64,000 nucleotides of DNA from Candidatus Bathyarchaeota archaeon (GCA_963815095.1 CAWFFH010000005.1:1-64000); one strand, 5' to 3'; positions 43,420-54,081 are shown, numbered from the stretch's first letter. The notes: generated by a model not told the origin, from the letters alone. Translations and numbers: made by a program.

Positions 43420-44268
43420 CTAGGTTGCTGGATAGAAGATCGAAGTCATGTAGACATAGTACATGTCAGTTGGTTGTAGAGCTGTCATTTGCCATGCGTT
43501 TGCACAGAAATTATAGTTGCTACCTTCAGTTACAGGGACCACCGCTTGGAGTGTTATGGGGTAGTAGGTTGTTTCACCTTCATTATTGGCGGGGCCGGCA
43601 TATGTGTGGCAAAGGGTTGGATAAGCATCAACTGTTGTTCCTAAGCCTAAAGCTTGAATTGTTGTGTCTTCAGTTATTTTTGCCATGGCGTTAACGTTGA
43701 GGACAACGTATCCGTTTGAGGGTGCTGTGAAGGATATGTTGGAAACTGTTTTGTAGTCAGTAGATAAACGAACCCAACTGTTAGCGTAAGTATCATTGTA
43801 GCTGACTATTACTCCTGTTCCGGCTGGTCCTGTCGGTCCAGTTGCGCCTGTGGCTCCAGTTGCACCCATTGCTCCCGCCGGGCCTGTTGCACCCGTCAAA
43901 CCAGTTTCGCCTTGAAGTCCTTGCGCCCCAGTTGCTCCGGTTGCGCCGGCTGGTCCAGTGGCACCAGTCGCTCCTGTCAAACCTGTTTCGCCAGTCAAGC
44001 CGATTTCGCCTTGAGGTCCTTGAGCTCCCGTTTCCCCGGTTGCGCCAGTCGGTCCAGTGGAACCGATCGCTCCTGTCGCGCCCGTTAAGCCAGTGTCTCC
44101 GATGAGACCCTGCGGACCCATTGGTCCTGTGTCCCCTTTAGGTCCTACATCACCTTTGGTTCCAACCGAGGGATGAGTCATAACACCTGCTGTTACAGCA
44201 ACTAAAGTTACGCTTGCAAACAAAAGTAGGATAACAAAAACTGTTTTTGACAAAATTATTTTATTCAT
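43420..44268 (-). CDS. Collagen-like surface protein
   Basis: N-terminal hydrophobic segment, about 38 uninterrupted Gly-X-Y triplets (many G-X-T), and a beta-rich C-terminal domain. Confidence 0.9.
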   Translation of the reverse strand: MNKIILSKTVFVILLLFASVTLVAVTAGVMTHPSVGTKGDVGPKGDTGPMGPQGLIGDTGLTGATGAIGSTGPTGATGETGAQGPQGEIGLTGETGLTGATGATGPAGATGATGAQGLQGETGLTGATGPAGAMGATGATGATGPTGPAGTGVIVSYNDTYANSWVRLSTDYKTVSNISFTAPSNGYVVLNVNAMAKITEDTTIQALGLGTTVDAYPTLCHTYAGPANNEGETTYYPITLQAVVPVTEGSNYNFCANAWQMTALQPTDMYYVYMTSIFYPAT

Positions 44269-44540
44269 TTATCTCATTTCTCCAAATCTTTAATTAAATT
44301 CAAGTCAAAGCTTTATTCTGATAATTTTAAATTAAATGCTTTATGAATTCAGAATCCATACTAACAAATTATTGCCAACATTTTTACAGACTTAAACAAT
44401 AACCCTTAAAATCATCAACCAAAAGCTAAACAGCAGAGTCTTCAAAAGACAATTTTGGATACAACAAACATCGGCGACTTTAGTTTAGACGACAACTCCC
44501 CTTGATTTATCTATTTAGTTCAAGTGGAAATTGTAAACGA

Positions 44541-46262
44541 TTATGATGCAGACAGCACTGCAGTTGCAACTGCACCTTTAGCTCTTGGACTTGGATCTCT
44601 CAAAGTAACTGTGGGAGCCGAAGTATAACCAGTCCCAGCATTCGTCAAAACCAAACCCAAAACAACCCCATTTGAAACTCTAGCAGTAGCCGTCGCACCA
44701 GACCCACCACCGCCAGTCAAAACAACCGCAGGAGTGGTGTAACCGGTCCCGCCGTTTAGGACATTAAAACCTGTGATTGTGAACGTTGTCGGAACCAAAA
44801 CAGTAACTCCTAACGTCGAATTATGATTCAAAGAACCACAGGAGCCTGCCACCGAAACATTGTAAGTTCCTGCACCAGCTGAAGACGCAGCTGTCACTGA
44901 AAATACCGATCGATTTGAACCCCCCAAGGGAACAACAAGCGAGGATAAACTAAAAGAAGCATTCCAGCCAGAAGGAACAAAAGATGAAAGTGAAACACGC
45001 CCAGAAAATCCATTAACAGATGAGACTGTGACATTTGTGCTTCCCAAAGACCCATTCTGAACGGTTATGGTTGAGGGCGAGGTCGAAATAGAATAGTCAG
45101 ACCCAATTCCAGTTGTAAAGTTCCAAGTTATAGGGCTGCCCAAACCAGTCACAAGATCAAAACCCGGACCCGCAAAATATTTTCCATTCGTTCCCGAAGT
45201 TATATCTCTAAAATACGTGGGACCACTCCACTTTGCATCCTGATACAAATTGTTGCCAGAAACAGAAAACCCAAGTGACTGAATCGCAGCCCATTGAGGA
45301 CTCCCTGCACTCGTGCCGCCTACTAAAAACCAACCAGTCTGATTGTTAAAAGCAGTTGTATCGTATATTGGAACACCCGTGGCTGGATTTGCATCATAGG
45401 AAACATCGGGAACTGCACGTTTCCCGTTTGCCTGCAGAACATTGTAGGCTATTTGGTATTGGGGCTCAGCATTATAGGCACTAACGCCGCCGCCACTGCC
45501 AGCCCAACCAGTCTCCGAAGCCACCGACCCATCAGAATTAAGGGTTAAAGTTGTTCCACCAACCGCAACCACATTCGACGAAGTTGAAGGCCAGCTTACC
45601 CCAGCTCCAGCATCACCCGTAGAAGAAAAGAAAACAACTCTATGATTGCTGGTAAAATAGGAATCGTAAGAACTTTGTCCCAAAAATTCAGTACCGCCCC
45701 AACTCATGCTCACTGCCACAACATCAGAGCGGTGAGCAGCATAAGAAATCGCATTTAAAAGACTATTCAATGAACTGTCTTGCGCTTCCACAAGAAGAAT
45801 TTTTGCGTTTGGAGCAATGGCATGAGCCCACTGAACATCCAAAGATATCTCAAGAGCCCATTCAGAATTCACATCAATGTTCGGATGCATCATGTGCTTT
45901 TCAAAATTTGTTGTGGGCAAACCGAATTGCTGGCTGAAAGTTACAAAGTCGTTTTGGACGGTGGGGCAATCGTAGGCGTCGACTATGGCGATTGTTCCGG
46001 AGCCGCCGGAAGTTGGAAGATTGTATGCGTTCTTAATCTGCGTAGGTGTCAGGCCAATTGGACCAAGATTCTCAGATGATGTGCTTTGGAGCGATTCATC
46101 TGGGGGTGAATAAACATGGAACCACGGGGTAGCATACCAGCCTTCACCGGGATATGTTGATGATGCAGGATTCAATTCCACAAATAATACAGCAACTAAC
46201 AAAACTAAAAGAAAGAAGCCAACACTTCTCTGCGCTCTCTTAGACAGAAACAAAATATTCAA
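44541..46262 (-). CDS. Secreted sedolisin (peptidase S53) with Ig-like and Gly-rich C-terminal domains
   Basis: [25 protein letters not shown] and GGTSAGSP catalytic motifs, plus [11 protein letters not shown]. Confidence 0.9.
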   Translation of the reverse strand: MNILFLSKRAQRSVGFFLLVLLVAVLFVELNPASSTYPGEGWYATPWFHVYSPPDESLQSTSSENLGPIGLTPTQIKNAYNLPTSGGSGTIAIVDAYDCPTVQNDFVTFSQQFGLPTTNFEKHMMHPNIDVNSEWALEISLDVQWAHAIAPNAKILLVEAQDSSLNSLLNAISYAAHRSDVVAVSMSWGGTEFLGQSSYDSYFTSNHRVVFFSSTGDAGAGVSWPSTSSNVVAVGGTTLTLNSDGSVASETGWAGSGGGVSAYNAEPQYQIAYNVLQANGKRAVPDVSYDANPATGVPIYDTTAFNNQTGWFLVGGTSAGSPQWAAIQSLGFSVSGNNLYQDAKWSGPTYFRDITSGTNGKYFAGPGFDLVTGLGSPITWNFTTGIGSDYSISTSPSTITVQNGSLGSTNVTVSSVNGFSGRVSLSSFVPSGWNASFSLSSLVVPLGGSNRSVFSVTAASSAGAGTYNVSVAGSCGSLNHNSTLGVTVLVPTTFTITGFNVLNGGTGYTTPAVVLTGGGGSGATATARVSNGVVLGLVLTNAGTGYTSAPTVTLRDPSPRAKGAVATAVLSAS

Positions 46263-46303
46263 CTCCCAAAAAATTCTACAAATCTAACAAAGCTTCCATA
46301 ATC

Positions 46304-46975
46304 CTAGTAGGAATCAACTACCTTTCCGTCACTTATAACATACGTTTTATCCGCCAACTTGGCCAAATTAGACGCATGCGTCGAAATCAGTATCGTTTTT
46401 CCCTCATCCCTGAGCTTTTGGAAAAAATCAGTTATTGTCTTAGCCGAAGCGTCATCAACAAATGTTAACGGCTCATCAGCAACAATTATTTGTGGCTCAG
46501 TTATCAACGCCCTCGCCACCGCCACCCTCTGCTGTTGCCCACCCGAAAGCTGTTCCACATTAAAGTACGCCCTCTCCGACAACCCCAATTGATCCAACAA
46601 ATCAAGAGCAGCAACCTTGTAATCTGCTGGATCAACATCATGACAAAGAAGCGGAGCCATCACATTTTCCAAAGCATCAAAGTTAGGCAAAAGATTGATA
46701 TGTTGAAAAACAAACCCCATGTTTTCCCGCCTAAAAACCGCTTTCCAACCATCAGAATAAGCCGACACGTTTTCATTATCAATTAAGACTTTGCCTTTTG
46801 TAGGCGTTAGCAATTGGCCTATCATGCTCATGAGCGTAGTTTTTCCGCAACCGCTAGGTCCAACCAACACAGTTATCTCTCCACTTTCAGCAGTCAAATT
46901 AGCGTCAGTCACAGCTTGAACCTGATGTTTTTTCCCCTGATTGTAAATTTTAGTCAAGTTTACAGCTTCAATCAT
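46304..46975 (-). CDS. ABC transporter ATPase (LolD/MacB-type)
   Basis: GPSGCGKT, GFVFQ, LSGGQQQRVAVARAL and ADEP motifs. Confidence 0.93.
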   Translation of the reverse strand: MIEAVNLTKIYNQGKKHQVQAVTDANLTAESGEITVLVGPSGCGKTTLMSMIGQLLTPTKGKVLIDNENVSAYSDGWKAVFRRENMGFVFQHINLLPNFDALENVMAPLLCHDVDPADYKVAALDLLDQLGLSERAYFNVEQLSGGQQQRVAVARALITEPQIIVADEPLTFVDDASAKTITDFFQKLRDEGKTILISTHASNLAKLADKTYVISDGKVVDSY

Positions 46976-48237
46976 GCACGAGCACCTCTCATAGAAATAT
47001 CAGGATCAACAGTCGCGTTAAGCCAAGAAGGTATTACAGTGGCAAAAAGAAGAGGAACAATCGTAACAGCAAACGTGAAGAGCACCGTTTGGGCGCTAAT
47101 ATAAACAGGAACTGGAAAACTCGGATAGAGGTTAGCCCAACCCAACATGAAATCTCTAAGCACAGGGGCACCCAAAACACTATCAAACAAAATACCCACC
47201 GTCAACCCTATTGCGCCAGCCAAAGTTCCAAGCACCAAACTCTCCACCAAACGAACCTGAATAACATCAGACGTAGAAAACCCAAGCGCCTTAAGCAATC
47301 CAACCTCAAACTTTGATTCATGACCAACCACAACAGTCTGGTTAAACGCAATTATCGCAACCGCAATTAAAATTACATACCAAACAACCGAAAAGAAACC
47401 CGATCGGTCACCGTACGTCTTCTCTTGAGCACTAAGAAGAACATCCTTTGTAACCACACGACAATTAGGCAACCCAGAAATCGATCGAGCAACCTCATTC
47501 ACCAAAGCCGATTTCGTTTGAGCATTAACCGGAGTCACATACACCATTAAATCAGTCACTTTATCATCCGGCAAATTGAAAAACGCTCTAGCATCATTGA
47601 GATTCATCAAAATCATATCAGCATTATAGATACTCGATTCACTATTGAATATCCCAACAATAGTATACTGCTTAATTTCATTAGACTCTGTAAGTATCGA
47701 CAATTCAGTTCCAACATGAGCACCGAGCAATTCAGCAACACCTTTTCCAATCACAACCGTTCCATTCAACTGCGGATCAAGAAACCGACCCGACTCCAAA
47801 GGATAAGCTGCCGCCTGATCCACATTAAAGGTACCCAACTGATGCGACGTCTGATTAACAGTAGCCGCATTACCCACATCAATCCCCATAACAACAATAA
47901 GGGTATTTCCAACATTTCCATATCCCCAAATCCGCTCAGAAATTCCACTAACCCCAGACGCAGAACCCAAAATACTACCCACATAACTAGTCGAAATAAC
48001 CGTTTGTCTTCCAGCCTGTATTCCCTGAACGGTTAAATCCGGAGCATACTTCAAACTCAACTCACCCTCTCTCACAAGCCCATCCGACATAAATGCAACA
48101 GCAGAAAACATGGAAGCGGCAACAATGAGGCAAATTAGAATTACAGCTGTTCGCAACCGATATCTCTGTATACAATTCAAGGCATAATTCAAAAGATTCT
48201 TAAAGCGTTTCATTTCACTTTCCACTTCCACTCTCAT
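46972..48237 (-). CDS. ABC permease (FtsX/MacB/LolE-type)
   Basis: One TM, large extracellular domain, then three TMs, with EVGLLKALGFS motif. Likely start is 48213. Confidence 0.9.
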   Translation of the reverse strand: MRVEVESEMKRFKNLLNYALNCIQRYRLRTAVILICLIVAASMFSAVAFMSDGLVREGELSLKYAPDLTVQGIQAGRQTVISTSYVGSILGSASGVSGISERIWGYGNVGNTLIVVMGIDVGNAATVNQTSHQLGTFNVDQAAAYPLESGRFLDPQLNGTVVIGKGVAELLGAHVGTELSILTESNEIKQYTIVGIFNSESSIYNADMILMNLNDARAFFNLPDDKVTDLMVYVTPVNAQTKSALVNEVARSISGLPNCRVVTKDVLLSAQEKTYGDRSGFFSVVWYVILIAVAIIAFNQTVVVGHESKFEVGLLKALGFSTSDVIQVRLVESLVLGTLAGAIGLTVGILFDSVLGAPVLRDFMLGWANLYPSFPVPVYISAQTVLFTFAVTIVPLLFATVIPSWLNATVDPDISMRGARA

Positions 48238-48538
48238 TGAAACTGTTAACTATAGTAAAGCTCGTTGGCGCACTGAAATTGGTGGACGGAACCCCCAAGG
48301 TGAAATAATTACAGTAACCGCCCGGAACGTCATAGAGCCCCGGACACAGTAACTCAACGCCAGGGTTTCTCGCCGAAGGATTAAGATTCCCAACAGCCAA
48401 GCTGGGCAACCCCACCATCTGACGCAAAGAATCTGGAGCATTCTCCTTTTCCGACCAAGAAATTTGACTAACCACACAAGACCCAAAAACAAACACAAGC
48501 AAAAGAAAAATAAGAATAATCATAACTCGTGACTTCAT
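48215..48538 (-). CDS. Small membrane-anchored Cys-containing protein
   Basis: N-terminal TM and VGLPSLAVG...LLC...YDVPGGYC, co-oriented in the operon. Confidence 0.7.
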   Translation of the reverse strand: MKSRVMIILIFLLLVFVFGSCVVSQISWSEKENAPDSLRQMVGLPSLAVGNLNPSARNPGVELLCPGLYDVPGGYCNYFTLGVPSTNFSAPTSFTIVNSFNESGSGK

Positions 48539-48539
48539 T

Positions 48540-49055
48540 TCATCTACTTCCTCGAATATTTACTTGATAACTAAAACTACCTTCAAACCCACCATCTTGC
48601 GGCGACACAAAGGAAATTTCATTCCCATAAGTAAATACAGAAGACACAGCAAGTTTTGATGGCGGCGGCTTCACCAAGTCGAAACCCGAAAAAGTTACCG
48701 TCGTAGACTCAACCGAAGGATTACTTGGATTAGCTTCAAACGTATCTATCAATATACCATTACAATACATAGATAAGATCCCTGACTTTTGCCAATCTTT
48801 GAAAGCTAAATCGACAACTAAAATTGCAGGATCATAAGTTGTATAATTGAACATTGAACTTACACTTTGAGCCTGCTCAAGAGTCACCGTGTTTTGAGCG
48901 TACAATCGTTGATTGTAGACTCCAATTTGACCAGTCTGATTGGAAACCGCCAGAAAAGGGGAAATTTCAACAAAAACAGCCACTACTACTATGACTAAAA
49001 CGATAATCGCAATTTCGGCCACAAAAAGTTTCTTAAGATTCAAAAAATTCCCCAT
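48540..49055 (-). CDS. Membrane-anchored hypothetical protein (extracellular beta domain)
   Basis: N-terminal TM, co-oriented in the operon. Confidence 0.7.
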   Translation of the reverse strand: MGNFLNLKKLFVAEIAIIVLVIVVVAVFVEISPFLAVSNQTGQIGVYNQRLYAQNTVTLEQAQSVSSMFNYTTYDPAILVVDLAFKDWQKSGILSMYCNGILIDTFEANPSNPSVESTTVTFSGFDLVKPPPSKLAVSSVFTYGNEISFVSPQDGGFEGSFSYQVNIRGSR

Positions 49056-49111
49056 TTAAACTCACAAAAACTAACACAAAAGAATACACCAATGAACTTA
49101 GAGATGCAACA

Positions 49112-49906
49112 TTAAACATGTCTAAAATTCCCCAAACCGACCTGCATAACCAACAAAAATGTGCCCACAATCGCTAAAATCAGACACACGAGCATAATTT
49201 TCCGAAGCAAAGGAGACATTTCTGATTGAACCTCCGGATTTTTGTTTGAGGATCTCCGAAACAGAAAACTCCAAACTAATAACGCCCCTGAAACGGAATA
49301 AGCTGCAATAACACCCCAAAGCAGAGGATACTGATAAGTTATAAAACAAAAAGGACATCCAATATTAAACAAGCCAGGAACCGTATTCGAATAAACCACC
49401 ATGCAGCAAGGAACAACCAACGGTTTTAGTCCCCCAAAAAAAGAAATATCCAACAAAGCATCTAAGAACAAAAGCGGCATAAGCAAAACAAAACCACGCG
49501 AGAGCGAAGCCATCATATTGGAACTTTTCAGTTTTCGATTCATAATGTCAAAGAAAAGCCAACCCCCAAACGCAAACATCGTAAAAAGCTTCAACCCCAA
49601 GTCAGCCCAAGACCACGGAGCTCCAGCTTGAAAAACACCAAATTCACACATAGCCCCCGGAACAGCCGGAATTAACGAAATTACAGTGAGCCAAAAAAGT
49701 GGAATAGCCAAAAGTCTAGTTCCAAGAGTCATCCAGCCTACAGTTGAAACTAGAGAAAAATCCTTTTCCAATTCATAACGTTGGTCAGCTGATGCACCTT
49801 TTATGCTTGTCTCTATTTTGTATGCTTTAAATGCGGCAAAGCAACCAACAGCTAATGCGAATAGTGCGATGGCTAAATCGACTGCGGCATACAGGTTTAC
49901 AATCAT
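49112..49906 (-). CDS. Multi-TM membrane protein with PGAMC and CC/CxxC motifs
   Basis: VPGAMCEFG, VPCCMVVY and GCPFC motifs, about 6 TMs. Confidence 0.8.
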   Translation of the reverse strand: MIVNLYAAVDLAIALFALAVGCFAAFKAYKIETSIKGASADQRYELEKDFSLVSTVGWMTLGTRLLAIPLFWLTVISLIPAVPGAMCEFGVFQAGAPWSWADLGLKLFTMFAFGGWLFFDIMNRKLKSSNMMASLSRGFVLLMPLLFLDALLDISFFGGLKPLVVPCCMVVYSNTVPGLFNIGCPFCFITYQYPLLWGVIAAYSVSGALLVWSFLFRRSSNKNPEVQSEMSPLLRKIMLVCLILAIVGTFLLVMQVGLGNFRHV

Positions 49907-49939
49907 CCGTTATTCCTTCTGTTCTATTATTTGTTTAAC

Positions 49940-51187
49940 TTATGTACTTTTCAGTTTTTTAAATGCCAAAGCTGAGCCTGCAATGATAACAACTCCAACA
50001 ACCAAAGCTAGGGCAAGCATTAGAGATGTAGGTGCAGCTGTCGCATCAGCTTTGGCGTACCAAGTGTTAATTGCATCGTTCACTAATTTAACTTGAGTTG
50101 TTGAGGGCAAAGAGTACTGTTGCTCGGGCGAGGTATTTTGGGAAAATCCGTTAACAAGAAGGTTGTCGGCAGCTGTCTGATTATAAGCTGCTCGAGCGGT
50201 AACGCAGCTTCCTCCGCGCAGAAAAATCGCGGTAGAAGGACTAATGGAAACTGTTTGTCCGAAATTAGAAGTATCTATGGTTATTGGGTAATTTGGTCCA
50301 TACCAGTCACAGTATGTTGCGATATGCAAGGTGTTGTAGTCATTGATGAGTTGCATGGCGCACATGAAGCATTCAACGTAGTGGACGTTTCCGGTTCCAT
50401 CAGTTACCACGTATCTTGCTTGAGATTCAGCAGTTACATCCATCCCGCATACTTCGCAGACCTGATTGACCAAGACCGTCGTTGGCTTGGGTGATGGTGT
50501 GATTGTTACTGTTGGGGAAACTGAAGGGGTCGGCGTTGAAGTCACAAAAGGTGAGGCACTTGGATTTGGCAAAGGAGATGGAGTTGGGGTTAAAGTTGGA
50601 GTTGGGGTTGGCGAAGGCAAACCGGCACCGTTGATGAGAGCTGCTTGAGCTACAGTCATCCTTGTGGCATTAGCAAGCACTGTGGCGTTTGTTAATGGGG
50701 AAAGCCACTGTGAAGTGCCATTATTTGGAGAAGCGAGCAAAGCATCCGCCGCAGAAGAATTGTAAACCAACCTGTTCTTTAGGCAACTGCCGGCAGCTAT
50801 GATTAAAGCATCAGGGGGATTAACAGTTACAGCTGTCCCATTATTCCTCGAGACTATGGATATGGGATAGTTTGGCCCATAATAATCGCAGAAAGAAGTA
50901 ATATTAAGGTCTCCGTGAACTCGCTGAAGTTTGAGAGCACATATTGGGCAACAAGCAAGGTACTCAACCCCAGAGGCATCAACAATTCTATAACGTGCTT
51001 GACCTGTCGCATCTATATCCATCCCGCATTGACTACAAGATAGCGTTGTTACTTGACTTTGCGTTAATGCAGAAAGGCTGGAAACAAGTAATAATGTAAT
51101 TAACAATATGTTCGCTATATTTTTGACATTATGCATGAACATTCTAAAACACCTTGCCCAATGCTCCATCATTAGCGTTTGCTCCAT
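49940..51187 (-). CDS. Surface protein with two tandem Cys-rich TRASH/NosL/MerB-like metal-binding domains and a C-terminal TM
   Basis: Twice CxxCGMD...C(C/F)xxC...CD(Y/W)YGPNYPI...GSC, separated by a PT linker. True start is probably downstream of 51187. Confidence 0.75.
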   Translation of the reverse strand: MEQTLMMEHWARCFRMFMHNVKNIANILLITLLLVSSLSALTQSQVTTLSCSQCGMDIDATGQARYRIVDASGVEYLACCPICALKLQRVHGDLNITSFCDYYGPNYPISIVSRNNGTAVTVNPPDALIIAAGSCLKNRLVYNSSAADALLASPNNGTSQWLSPLTNATVLANATRMTVAQAALINGAGLPSPTPTPTLTPTPSPLPNPSASPFVTSTPTPSVSPTVTITPSPKPTTVLVNQVCEVCGMDVTAESQARYVVTDGTGNVHYVECFMCAMQLINDYNTLHIATYCDWYGPNYPITIDTSNFGQTVSISPSTAIFLRGGSCVTARAAYNQTAADNLLVNGFSQNTSPEQQYSLPSTTQVKLVNDAINTWYAKADATAAPTSLMLALALVVGVVIIAGSALAFKKLKST

Positions 51188-51253
51188 TTGAAAGTTTGCT
51201 CTAGTTACGGCACAGCTACAACTTCCATTGGCGCGTTAAAAAATCTTTTGAAA

Positions 51254-52147
51254 TCACAAAAGGTAACGTTTGCAATGGGGACAATAAGACTGATTTTCCT
51301 CTATTCCAGAGTTGCAGAACTTACACTTCGAGGGAGAAAGCCATTTTGACAACATGGCTTGAGAGTCACCATCGCCCTTTCTTTTCTCAAACATTTTGCC
51401 TACAAATACGCTAGTTTCAACTAATGCGAGAAGCGCTACAAATAAGTACAAATCGCCAATCGGTGTTGCGCCTGGCGAGATTAGCATTGCAGCTATTGCA
51501 AGGCCTGCCCAAATATACTTGCGTTGCTTGGTTACCATCTTGGTTTTCAAAATACCAAACCTGACCAGCAATACAAAAAACGCGGGAATAGTGAAGATTA
51601 CTCCGCTTATTATTACGGTGAAGAATATTGTGCTGTAGAAATCCATTATTGGAAATAACTGAATTGCATTAACAGCATTATAGAAGGGTAGAAAGCCTTG
51701 GATAAATGAGGGTGCTAAAACAAAGAATCCAAAGACTGCTCCAATTATGAAGAGGGCGGTTGAGATTGTGACGAATGGAAAAATCATTCTGCGTTCATGT
51801 GAAAGCAGTGCGGGATCGACGAATTTGTAGGCTTCATATGCAAAAACCGGCAGGGTAAATGCAACCGAAAACATTACTGCTGCATACGCATAGAGTGTGA
51901 TGGGGTCTGACATGGAGTTGGCAAATAGTGTTGCGCCTGATGGCAAAAACATGTTGCCAATGTACACTAAAAGAACCGACATCAACGGTTTATAATTATT
52001 GGTGGTTGCAAAAAAATCGCTGTTGCCGGGTAAAACAAGCATGATGAATAATGAGACTACAAAGACGGCGAGTACTATTTTCATGCGTTTTATGAATTCT
52101 TCTACATGGCCCCAAAATCCTGAAAAAAAACTTTGTCCGTCTGGCAT
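51254..52147 (-). CDS. tatC: Twin-arginine translocase TatC with a C-terminal zinc ribbon
   Basis: FWGHVEEF, YKFVDPAL..HER, RKY and AMLISP motifs. C-terminal CKFC...CPHC. Confidence 0.88.
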   Translation of the reverse strand: MPDGQSFFSGFWGHVEEFIKRMKIVLAVFVVSLFIMLVLPGNSDFFATTNNYKPLMSVLLVYIGNMFLPSGATLFANSMSDPITLYAYAAVMFSVAFTLPVFAYEAYKFVDPALLSHERRMIFPFVTISTALFIIGAVFGFFVLAPSFIQGFLPFYNAVNAIQLFPIMDFYSTIFFTVIISGVIFTIPAFFVLLVRFGILKTKMVTKQRKYIWAGLAIAAMLISPGATPIGDLYLFVALLALVETSVFVGKMFEKRKGDGDSQAMLSKWLSPSKCKFCNSGIEENQSYCPHCKRYLL

Positions 52148-52252
52148 TTTGTGTTCTTTCCATGTAGTTTAGAGTGTTTGCTGTTTCTCTTCGCAATTAA
52201 ATTTTAGAGTTTGATCTGTTTTTGCCAAGAAAGAATAAGGGCTATGTTGCCT

Positions 52253-52582
52253 TTATTCGGCTGCGCCTAAAATTTTGACTTTTATGGATATTTCTTCGGA
52301 GAGTTGTTCACGTGTTTTTCCTTCTGTTGCGATTCCTAGTTTTTGGGCGGTTTCTAGTAGCATTTCGTCTTTTGTTTTTATGGCGGGTTTTGTGGTTGTG
52401 TTGGCTGCTGGTTTTGTTGGTGTGTCTGAGTTTGCTGCGTCGTTGAATTCTTTGGATGCTTTGCTGAATTCGCCTTTTGCTTGTCCTAGGGCTCGGGCAA
52501 ACTGGGGGATTTTTGCTGGACCCCACATTATGATGACGATGGCGACAACGCCGATAATAATCCATTCCCAACCTTCAAGCAT
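52253..52582 (-). CDS. tatA: Twin-arginine translocase TatA
   Basis: EWIIIG...WGPAKIPQFARALGQAKGEF, next to tatC. Confidence 0.92.
   Translation of the reverse strand: MLEGWEWIIIGVVAIVIIMWGPAKIPQFARALGQAKGEFSKASKEFNDAANSDTPTKPAANTTTKPAIKTKDEMLLETAQKLGIATEGKTREQLSEEISIKVKILGAAE
52326..52582. repeat. 257-bp direct repeat, copy A (tatA coding sequence)
   Basis: Identical by eye to 54068..54324. Confidence 0.92.
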
Positions 52583-53007
52583 GTTCTTAACTTCCAATTA
52601 TTTATTATATCTATATTCTAGTTTGTTTGATTAAAAAGCTTACTATCCATTGCGCTCTTAAGTTGAACCGCTCTATCAATATGGTTTTTGAATCAATAAG
52701 CAACCATTTTATTGGAAACAGAAATATTTGTTTTTCAGCCTCAAAAAGTAAATTGCGTCCAAAATTAGCTTATTTTTGTTTAAATAATGTCTATTAAAAA
52801 ACGCATTCTTTTGAACAGATTTTTCACAAAAAATGATATAACTATATTATTACTCGGTTACGATGATTTCTAAATTTCTTTCCATAATTACCTTAAGATG
52901 CCGTTGGGGCTTGTAGTTGCTCGGAACCGTCACAAAATCTTTAAGAACATTAAACCTTAAACAAGTAAGCGTAGACTCGCAAACCCGCATTTTAGGAAGG
53001 TTAGTCG

Positions 53008-54081
53008 TTGGAAAAAATATTTACTGCAGACCAAATGATTTCTCCCAAATACAAACGGGCCACTGGAAAAGAGGTTTGGCGAGAAAACTTACGCACAACC
53101 ATCTATGCAGCAGACAAAATCCGAAGTAATCTAGGCCCAAAAGGAGCCTACAAGCTGATAACCTACAACCGAGGCACCGAAAAAGTCATCAAAATTACTA
53201 AGGACGCAATCGCGATTCTAAGTGAACTGGCAATACAATATCCCCCAGCCATCATAGTTTCTGAAGCTGCGAAGTTGCAGCGAGAAGAAGCCGGCGACGG
53301 GGTAACAGGCTTTGTCATCTTCTTGTCAGCACTTCTCAGAAAAGCAGACAAACTCCTATCCACGAAAATCCATGCAAACACCATCATTCACGGCTACCAC
53401 CTTGCAACAGAAAAATCCATCAAGATACTTGAAAACCAAGCTACCCCATTAAATGGCAAGACCCTCTACATCTTAGACATAGTTGACTGCAAAAGAAACA
53501 TTTTAACACCGCAGATTCGCGCGATGATTCAGCAAGCCTACCCATTAGCGTTGTCTAATGGCGTTCTTGAACGGGAAAACATCAGGTTTCTGAGAAAAAC
53601 CGGCGGTAACCTGCAAGATTCAAGTTTAATCCACGGAATCGTCATAAAAAAACAGAAAGCACACCCCAACATGCCTGACAAAATCAAAGACTTGCGCATC
53701 GCAATCACAACTGAACGACTAGGAATTAACCGATTAGAAATAAAAATGCCCGGACAAGGGCCATACCACATCAATCTAAATGTAAAAAAACCACAGCAAA
53801 TTCAAGCCTACAACGAAACAATACAGAAAATAAAAGATGAACCAATAAAAAAACTAAAACAATTAAACGTCAACGTTTTGATAAGCGAGCAACCCCTTGA
53901 AGAGCAATCAAAAACTGCGTTATTGGCAAACGGCATTTTCGGTCTCGAAAGCGTCGACAAAAAAGATACGCAGGCTTTGGCAAAAGCCACAAGTGCCAGA
54001 GTTGTTGGTAGCTTATTTGAACTTGAAGAGAAAGACATCGGTACTGCAGAAGAACTCTCAACTGGTAGTTGCGATTCCTAG
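53008..54081 (+). pseudogene. Divergent group II chaperonin (thermosome-like), C-terminally truncated
   Basis: LGPKG, ITKDA, GDG, IHANTIIHGY and HPNMP motifs. At 357 aa it ends where the tatA duplicate begins. Confidence 0.8.

Noticed and set aside
43820-44165. GC-rich 9-bp periodic repeats as a DNA repeat element
   Set aside because: Explained by Gly-X-Y collagen coding.
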